From NCBI GenBank assembly GCA_964016885.1, contig OZ024758.1, positions 16,616,001 through 16,680,000 on the forward strand: DNA of 64,000 nucleotides, read 5' to 3'. The stretch is from Eledone cirrhosa (lineage: Eukaryota). Numbering within the stretch: position 1 is the stretch's first letter; each line of letters opens with the position of its first letter. The notes beneath the pieces were generated by a model, which did no database searches, was not told the DNA's origin, and saw only the letters and a list, made by a program, of their open reading frames with translations. The translations under genes and the position numbers were made by a program. Below, piece by piece: positions 55,752-64,000 of this stretch.

Positions 55752-56754
55752 CAATATGTAAGTATATATATATATTCACATATGTATACATATATGTAAA
55801 TATATAAATATGTGTCTATATATATATAGATATACATATATATGTATACAATATATAAGTATATATATAAATATATATATATTTATATATATACAATATA
55901 TAAGTATATATATATATATGCACATATATACATATCTGTATAAATATATAAATATATATATATATATACAATATATAAGTATATATATATATTCACATAT
56001 GTATACAGATATGTAAATATATAAATATGTATCTATATATATATATATACATATATATATGTATACACTATATAAGTATATATATATATGCACATATATA
56101 CATATCTGTATAATTATATAAATATATATATATATTCACATATGTATACAGATATGTAAATATATAAATATGTATCTATATATATATACATATATATATA
56201 TATACAATATATATGTATATATATATATATATGCACATATATACATATCTATAAATATATAAATATATATACATATATGTGTATATTTATGTTTGTATAT
56301 ATATACATATATATATGTGTGTATGTGTTTATAACTCACCGGTTTATATGTCTTTGTATGGGTTGGTGGGAGCCTCATTGTGAATGAATTCAGTACCTAT
56401 TTAGTTCCAATCGTGTAAGAATTTATATATGAATATGGGAGGTTATAAATATAATCGTTAGCACCATTTGTCCTTATGTTTGAAGATAAAAGCTTATAAA
56501 ATCTCATCTTTATTGTACCTTTGTTAACCTATTGGATCATCAAGGCATTGCTTTCTTATGTAAGATATCTTAGTAGAGATGTTACATATTGAAGCAGTAA
56601 CATTTATAGGGCTCTAACTCGCCATCAGGGACTATTGACAACCAATCACCTCCGTTATATCACACCCTTTCATTTTATAATTATGAAAGCGGACATCAGA
56701 TAAGGTTCGAATTTATAAAATATGGGATTGACAGAGCTTGAATTTTTTTTTTAA

Positions 56755-56944
56755 TGGCAATATCGGTAGAGCGTCGATCAAAATCGTTCTTGACAGTTGT
56801 TAATTCTTTCTACGTTCTCTAGTTCAAATCTCGTCGAGGTTAATATGCCTTTCATCTTTACGGGGTCGATAAATAAAGTATCAGTAATGTACTGGGGACG
56901 ATTTAATTGACTTCCCCCTAAAAGAATTGTTGGATTTGTGCCTG
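56755..56944 (+). mobile_element. Diverged major SINE
   Basis: Similarity to SINE consensus. Confidence 0.78.
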
Positions 56945-57000
56945 TTCGTTAAGATTTAATCAAGGGGGAATTAGCAGCAAAATCAACAGCAACAAGACCC

Positions 57001-57326
57001 TACTATATCTAATTACGACTGCTTTGTTGATGAACACCTCAATACCAGTGAGAATTTAAGAGATGTAGAACCTTGGTGTGATAAACTGAGAAACTCTCGA
57101 TGTAGCCATCTTCTTGTTTTGTGTTTCTAGCTAAACTATACGAGTAGATTTATTAAACAACAACAACTTACTATATCTAACTACGACTGCTTTGTTGATG
57201 AACACCTCAATACCAGTGAAAAGTTAAGAGATGTAAAACCTTTGTGTGATAAATTGAGAAACTCACGATGCAGCCATCTTCTTGTTTTGTGTTTCTTGCT
57301 AAACTATATGAGTAGATCTATTAAAT
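57001..57326. repeat. 168-bp tandem duplication
   Basis: 57001-57157 repeated at 57169-57326. Confidence 0.92.
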
Positions 57327-57589
57327 GTTTTGGAGAGTTATCTAATACACGTATCTTAATATAGTATTTAAGGGTTTATAATTTGATAGGGTTCGGCTAG
57401 GATTGGCTCAGGTCATATCTAACTTAATAGCACCACATGGCTTATAGGTAACAAGGAGGTTTTCTAGTCTCTTTATACTACTTACTTCAGCAGCGTGCTT
57501 CTCCCGTATGTGTGTGTGTGTGTATGTGTGATTGAGTATATGAGTGAGTGAGTCTGTGTGCGTGTGAGCGAGTATGTGTGCAAGTGAGT

Positions 57590-57923
<334 letters not shown>

Positions 57924-58212
57924 CGTAAAGGTAGACAAAAAAAAAATACTGTAGGTTGACAATAATAGGAAACAGAATGATTGATATAGAACAGTGTTTC
58001 GACTGGAACTGTGAATTAACCATTATATGGTAAGGAACTCAGGGAACCTATATCAGATATGGTTCGAAAAACAAAAGAACAGTTCTAACCCGCTGATAGC
58101 TTAAGTGACAAAGGTTATGATTGACCGATTGTTTATCGATCACGATAAATGGAAGTAGTTTTTCTTCAGAATTAGAGAAAGAATTTGATCAATACAGATT
58201 TCATGTCTACTC

Positions 58213-58565
58213 ACCACCATAGGCGCTGTTCTGGCCAGCCGCAGGTGTGAGCCTGGCGAGCTGGAATGGCTTTTCCAGAGCGTCTCCCTTGCCGTCCTCC
58301 GGGAAAACGCCTTCTCCATTCTGTCTGCCGGTGCTGTGGGGAGGCCACTGATATGATTGACTGTCTTGTCCTTGTATCAGTCAGACGATCACACGCTGTT
58401 CTGGCCAGCCGCAGGTGTGATCCTAGCGAGCTGGAATGGCTTTTCCAGCGCGTCTCCCTTGCCGTCCTCCGGGAAAACGCCTTCTCCATTCTGTCTGCCG
58501 GGGCTGTGGGGAGGCCACCGATATGATTGACTGACTTGTCATTTTATCAGTCAGACGATCACACG
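58213..58565 (+). mobile_element. Two tandem 3' ends of the CRE-like LINE
   Basis: LASRRCDPSELEWLFQRVSLAVLRENAFSILSAG; homologous to 14515-14675 (-). Confidence 0.78.
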
Positions 58566-59167
58566 AATTATTAATATCTGTTTTAGCGTCTTAAGTAGCT
58601 AGCTACTGTCTACTCTTAGGTTCTTTAGTATCCTCCTTCCAGATAGAACATGGGACCCTGTCAATGACCTTCTCCATAATGTCAAATGCTAAAAATAAGA
58701 TAAATGGAAGTAGTTTTTCTTCAGAATTAGTCAAGGAAATTGATCAATACAGATTTCCATTTGTACCCCAAAAAAGGAGATCAATATTTCGAATTTTTTT
58801 ATTTTTTTATATCGAAAGGAAATATTTTCTCTTTGTCTGATCAAGAGATACATTCGCCTACAGGAATATTACTCTTTGACTGGTTACACTAGACTACAAT
58901 CATGCTGGTGTCTTTGAGGAATTTAATCGATCGTATCGAACGCAGTACTTGTTGTGTCAAGTCCGGTATGGTATTTATTTTATCGATCTCTTATTGTTGG
59001 ACCTCTAGGTGATGAGACATAAACTGTAAAGATGAAATAAGATACGGATATATAAACGCACACACAGGCACCCTCATACATCCGCCTACACACACACACA
59101 CATATCCAGACAGACACACACACACACACACACCCACCTGAGAGAGAGCGAGAGCGAGATAGATAGA

Positions 59168-59266
59168 TACAGAATGTCCTAAGAAAATGTATACACACTT
59201 TGATTAGCAATAAAAGCAATATTAGAGTTCTATTGAAGCGTGTATACATTTTTTTGATTTCCTGTA
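59168..59266. mobile_element. Tc1/mariner-type MITE
   Basis: TA-CAG..AAAATGTATACAC / GTGTATACATTTT..CTG-TA. Confidence 0.7.
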
Positions 59267-59280
59267 TGTATGTATATATA

Positions 59281-59498
59281 TATTTATTAAAATAACATTA
59301 AAGTTTAAGCAAAGAATCGCTGCTTTCACCCTTAACGGGATTCTCTTGAAACCCGTTAAGGGTGAAAGCAGCGATTCTGTGCTTAAACTTTAATCTGTTA
59401 TTTTAATAAATATTTGCTTTACACTTTTTATATATTTTTATATGTATATTATCCTTATCGAGCCCTCTTCGGATTTTAGTCTTCACATTTATTATTAC

Positions 59499-59502
<4 letters not shown>
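59281..59502. mobile_element. Penelope-like family A fold-back element with junction in stem II
   Basis: Arms 59281-59339 / 59352-59411; tail homologous to 3270-3360. Confidence 0.78.
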
Positions 59503-59556
<54 letters not shown>

Positions 59557-60159
59557 AATGTATTAAACTAAGATGTGATTGTTTTATATTTTGTATCTCG
59601 GATTGTTTTATATTTTGTATACATTTGATAATTTACATTGGGCCTTTTCTCTTACCAGTAATTGGGTAGTGCTTAGTACTACCCTCCATATTTATAATTA
59701 TATATAAGCCATATATAAGTATAAATATTATTATTACTACTTATATATATATATATATATTCTTCCTCACACTTCCACTCACTCACTCACTGTTTCTCCC
59801 CTTCTCATTTCCCCCCGTTCGCGACGTTAACGATTTTCCTTCTTTCTCACATCGGTTTCATCTCGAAAGGTCCATTTTCTACTCGCTCATATATTCACCC
59901 AGCTTATACTGATAGAATAACTATGTAGCTTGTGTCTCTTCCTATCTTCGGTTAGCTTTCCTCTGTGTTGTTTACTTGTCTCACTCGCTTTACGCGTTTT
60001 AATTGTCCTAATAACTTATTTTAGTTATTATTGCGCCAACGTGAGGTATATGATTTTTAATGCAATGAAATAGCTATGACCGTTGGTAAATCACTGATGA
60101 GGGACTCATTTTATAACATGTTATCCATGTGCAACCATGCAGTATTCTTCTCCCCATTT

Positions 60160-60216
<57 letters not shown>

Positions 60217-62069
60217 TATATATATATATCAGTGTAAAATTTCACTCCTAATGCAATGACCAAATCGAAGCAATAGTTGAAAGTATTTGCCCCGAAATTC
60301 CACCGACCATTAAACTATGTGAAATTACACAGACATATCGTAATATTCGTATTTATTTTTTTTATTCCCCTGGAAAAACCTACAGTAAATGACTCTTGCT
60401 GTTGGCATTGTTACTTAGTCTAAAACAAGCCCTCATCAAGTAGATCTATGATGAAAAATATTCCAGTAATCACCATCCCACACTTTTCGTTTGAAATATC
60501 ATGTATGGGTTTCTACATATCTCTAACGTAAGATTTCATATAATTTTTGATACGGCACAGTATGATTGAAAGGAAGTTTGCTTGCTATTTGTAGCTGGGT
60601 CGTATTTAATAATGTATGGTATAACTGTGGAGTGTATGTATAGACTCACAGTTAGTGTACCGCACAATGAGATATATGACATCCAATGTCGGCGAAAACA
60701 TACTTCATATGACCTTGACAAGCGACTTAGCTCTCAACAACTTCAAAGGTTCTATTAAGGTAGGCTGAATTGGTTGAAATAGAGTACAGTGGTTAGTTTT
60801 CTCCGCGCTGAATTCACGCGCTACTGTATTCTGGTTGATTTCCAAGTAAAATATCTCTTATATTTTATAGTGGTAAACTGAGATAATAAAAAGAAAATGG
60901 CTGACTTGATAGACTATAGAAATACTAGCTCATGAAACACGAGTTTATTCAAGCTGAAGGCATTCGTTCAGTCTCTTGTCATGTTACATCATTCTCATAG
61001 TTCTCTTAAATATACGGAACAATAATTATACGGCTTGTCACAGGAAATTTCTGTGAAAACTAACATCTTACGCGGGCAGGAATATATATTTAGCCTGCTA
61101 AATAATAACTGGGCTTCATTTATTCTTAGGAATTAATGAAACAATTCATGTATTATATTCTTTCAAATGGGACAAATGGGAATTAGGTGACATAAAGAAT
61201 TAGGTGACTGATCACAAAGCGGTAACTGCAATAATATAAAAGCTCGTGATTCAAATGACAAACATGTTGAATAATAGTTTATATTGGAACAATGGGCAGC
61301 TATTTTCTCTACTACTAATCGAATTATTTGTTTCTATGCCTTAGTTCAGTCTTTGATCATCTTCACTTACTTTACATTTGCAAATATCCATAACCATACA
61401 TTATATTCAACTGAAGTGGTGTGAAATCACCTATATATATTAAGGCAAATCTCTCTTTGAAATAAGACCCTATATTTCCAATGCTGCATTTCATTCTTAA
61501 GCAAATTGCCGCTGTTGGTAAAAGGATAACAACATTTGAATTCCTGCGTAAGAAATAATTTATGCTGTTCAATTATTTGCTGGATTTTCAGAAAACAAGA
61601 ATTTGGATTTCTATGTAAATTCCATTAAATTTTAGAATTACATTATTGGATAATTTTAAAAATAATATTGAAATTATCCAAGAGTTGCAGTAAAAGAAAT
61701 GATTATTGATATATTTTTCTATGTATAGTTATGCTAAAAAAATAAAATATAGAAAAGGAAATGCTTCGAATTTTTATTATATTTGTGCGCCGAAATACTT
61801 GTAATTTTTTTCCCCACAAACCATCTCGAATTGATTATTAGTAATATATATATTATCTCTAGATGCTTCAGTTAAAAAGCAGGTAGGTATCTAGATACTC
61901 CAGTCATTTTGCTACATTTTAATGAAGGCGTTTGTACCCCGAAAACATCACCATATCTATAATGAGGTCTCTAATGTGGTAACCTATTATATTTTTATGA
62001 CATCAATATTTGCGTAACTATAGATACTCCAGCTTTCATGATTGATATTAAACAATTTCTACTCCATAC

Positions 62070-62234
62070 TTTGCAGTTGAACAGTGAGGAATATGAAGGG
62101 TATTCAACAGTAAACCACAGTAGGAGATGGCCATTTACAAACATGACCCCTATATGGTCTACAGGCATTTTCCGCATATCTTCCTCACTATCATACAGTA
62201 TATCGCATTTGCCATTATGTCCACCTGGACCGTA
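62070..62234 (-). CDS. Candidate host coding exon, 55 codons, unknown product
   Basis: TTTTGTTGCTGCAG acceptor, AAA|GTATGG donor, 165 nt open in one frame only (YGPGGHNGKCDILYDSEEDMRKMPVDH..); no recognised domain. Confidence 0.33.
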
Positions 62235-62261
62235 CTGCAGCAACAAAATTAAACGTGATGT

Positions 62262-62420
62262 TAATTGTTTCTACTTTTGGCACAAGGCCAGTAATTACAC
62301 CAGTGCATTACAGGTACTTTATTTTATCGACCCCGTAAGGATGAAAGGTTAAGTAACGGGCCGTAATTCTATGCTGCAAAGCATGGCGTCATACCCTCTA
62401 CCGATACTGCCAATACACCA
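62262..62420 (-). mobile_element. Major SINE with internal deletion
   Basis: Match to SINE consensus. Confidence 0.85.
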
Positions 62421-62750
62421 TCCTGCGTAATGTTAATAATCCAAACTGTCTCAAAATACTCAATAATAATATAAACTAAAAATTGTAAAAGCATCAAAGC
62501 AATAGACTACTGGTATAATGAAGGATTTCTTAATGGACCTCATGAACTGATATAAGTAGAAGCCTTGCTTCATGAAAGGTATAGCCCAGCGAGTTAAAAA
62601 ACAAGTGAATTCTGATAATATAGTTGCGAATAAAATATGACTATCATTATTTTCTAATTCAAGAAAACGTTTAAATATAAGTTTGAAAGCAGAGGAAATG
62701 GAAGTAGTTCCAGCTAGATCCTGTTAACAAAATCCTCATGCTGTTTAAAT

Positions 62751-63066
62751 CAGAGGTGTGCAACAGGCAGTCCGCGGGCCACAATCTGGCCCACCAGACC
62801 AGTTAGAGCGACCCACGATGACCGTTTTTAATGTTTACCTTGAATGCTATTTAGAATTTTTTTCGGAACCGTAACACAATTTTCTGTTAGTTGACCTATA
62901 CTAAAGGGCTTCACTGATAGGGTTATTTGTGTTATAATTTCCCAGTTCCATGTTATGGAAAGAAGTTGTGGTGAATATTTGGAATAGTGCTTAATAAATA
63001 TTAATGGCCCTAATAGTTATTCCAATGTTCAAAAGTGGCCCGCCAATGGAATATGTTGCACTCACT
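62751..63066. mobile_element. hAT-like MITE
   Basis: CAGAGGTGTGCAAC..GCGGGCCAC at left, GTGGCCCGC..GTTGCACTCACT at right; TSD not evident. Confidence 0.55.
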
Positions 63067-63433
63067 ACAAGTCTCCGATTTCCGAATGGCTAAATATCAG
63101 TAGAAGGGCACCCAGGAGTTATGGCTTGGATGTAGTCCGACCCCCTTAGAGTATAACAAGTAATAGGCTGAAACACTCGCTTGAGAGAAGGGTTTCTGCT
63201 CTGAGGACCGTCTGAGCACCTTCTGCTGTCCAGCCCTCCTGAGAGTTTCTTACCACCGTCTTATCTAGATGCTAGTGTAGAAAAATCAGGTTTGACTGAG
63301 GAAGAGAGCAACATTTTACCGTTTTGGGCGAAACCCCTTTCAATATAGAGTCCATAGAAAAAGGTCAGAATTTTCCTCTTCCCGTCGGCAAACTAATTTG
63401 TTCCACCCCTGAACTGTTTATTCTCACTAATTC

Positions 63434-63597
63434 CCGATACTGCCAATCCACCGCCCAATGATTTGTACTATAGGAACAAGGCTAGCAATTTTGAGGAAGG
63501 AAAGTCGTTTAAATCAACCCAGTACATTACTGGTACTTAATTTTATCGACCTCGTAAGGATGAAAGGCAAAGCTAACCTCAGCGGGCTTTGAATTCA
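63434..63597 (-). mobile_element. Major SINE fragments
   Basis: Match to SINE consensus. Confidence 0.8.
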
Positions 63598-63609
63598 GTG
63601 TAGAAAAAT

Positions 63610-64000
63610 TAGGTTGGGCTAAGGAAGAGAGCAACATAGGTTTGGCTAAGGAAGGGAGCAACATAGGTTTGGCTAAGGAAGGGAGCGACATAGGTTTGGC
63701 TAAGGAAGGGAGCAACATAGGTTTGGCTAAGGAAGAGAGCAACATAGGTTTGGCTAAGGAAGAGAGCAACATAGGTTTGGCTAAGGAAGAGAGCAACATA
63801 GGTTTGGCTAAGGAAGAGAGCAACATAGGTTTGGCTAAGGAAGAGGGCAACATAGGTTTGGCTAAGGAAGGGAGCAACATAGGTTTGGCTAAGGAAGGGA
63901 GCAACATAGGTTTGGCTAAGGAAGGGAGCAACATAGGTTTGGCTAAGGAAGGGAGCAACATAGGTTTGGCTAAGGAAGGGAGCAACATAGGTTTGGCTAA
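63610..64000. repeat. 27-bp minisatellite (TAGGTTTGGCTAAGGAAGRGAGCAACA)n, at least 14 copies, runs off the window
   Basis: Direct reading. Confidence 0.97.

Noticed and set aside
63527-63988. MLLPSLAKP repeat ORF
   Set aside because: 27-bp minisatellite running into a SINE

Overview
Eukaryotic, very AT-rich and microsatellite-laden non-genic DNA. The SINE/LINE repertoire and (TA)n/(CA)n load suggest a cephalopod (octopus-like) genome; this is inference. No complete host gene is visible, and most ORF-track entries are microsatellite artefacts. Standard content: a full-length but mutated RTE LINE (4602-7875), a 5'-truncated CR1-like LINE with an open RT ORF (49938-51462), RTE, CRE-like and R4/Dong-like LINE fragments, about 25 tRNA-derived SINE copies, hAT and Tc1/mariner MITEs, and several minisatellites. 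Main result: by hand-folding I find about 18 complete or near-complete minimal type I hammerhead ribozyme (HHR) motifs (stem I - CUGANGA - stem II - GAAA - short, often palindromic stem III - NUH - stem I'), plus several 3'-half motifs. They belong to roughly 8 distinct short element families inserted in (TA)n. Most sit in head-to-head inverted pairs whose junction lies in or upstream of the ribozyme. They have one long and one short 3' tail and share a GAGYRCY-like motif downstream. This looks like a dense, diverse population of Penelope-like pLTR remnants or non-autonomous ribozyme retroelements, including non-canonical cores (CAGAAGA, CCGAUGA) and a separate permuted (type II-like) hammerhead-like fold. 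All folds are by eye, and catalytic activity is untested.
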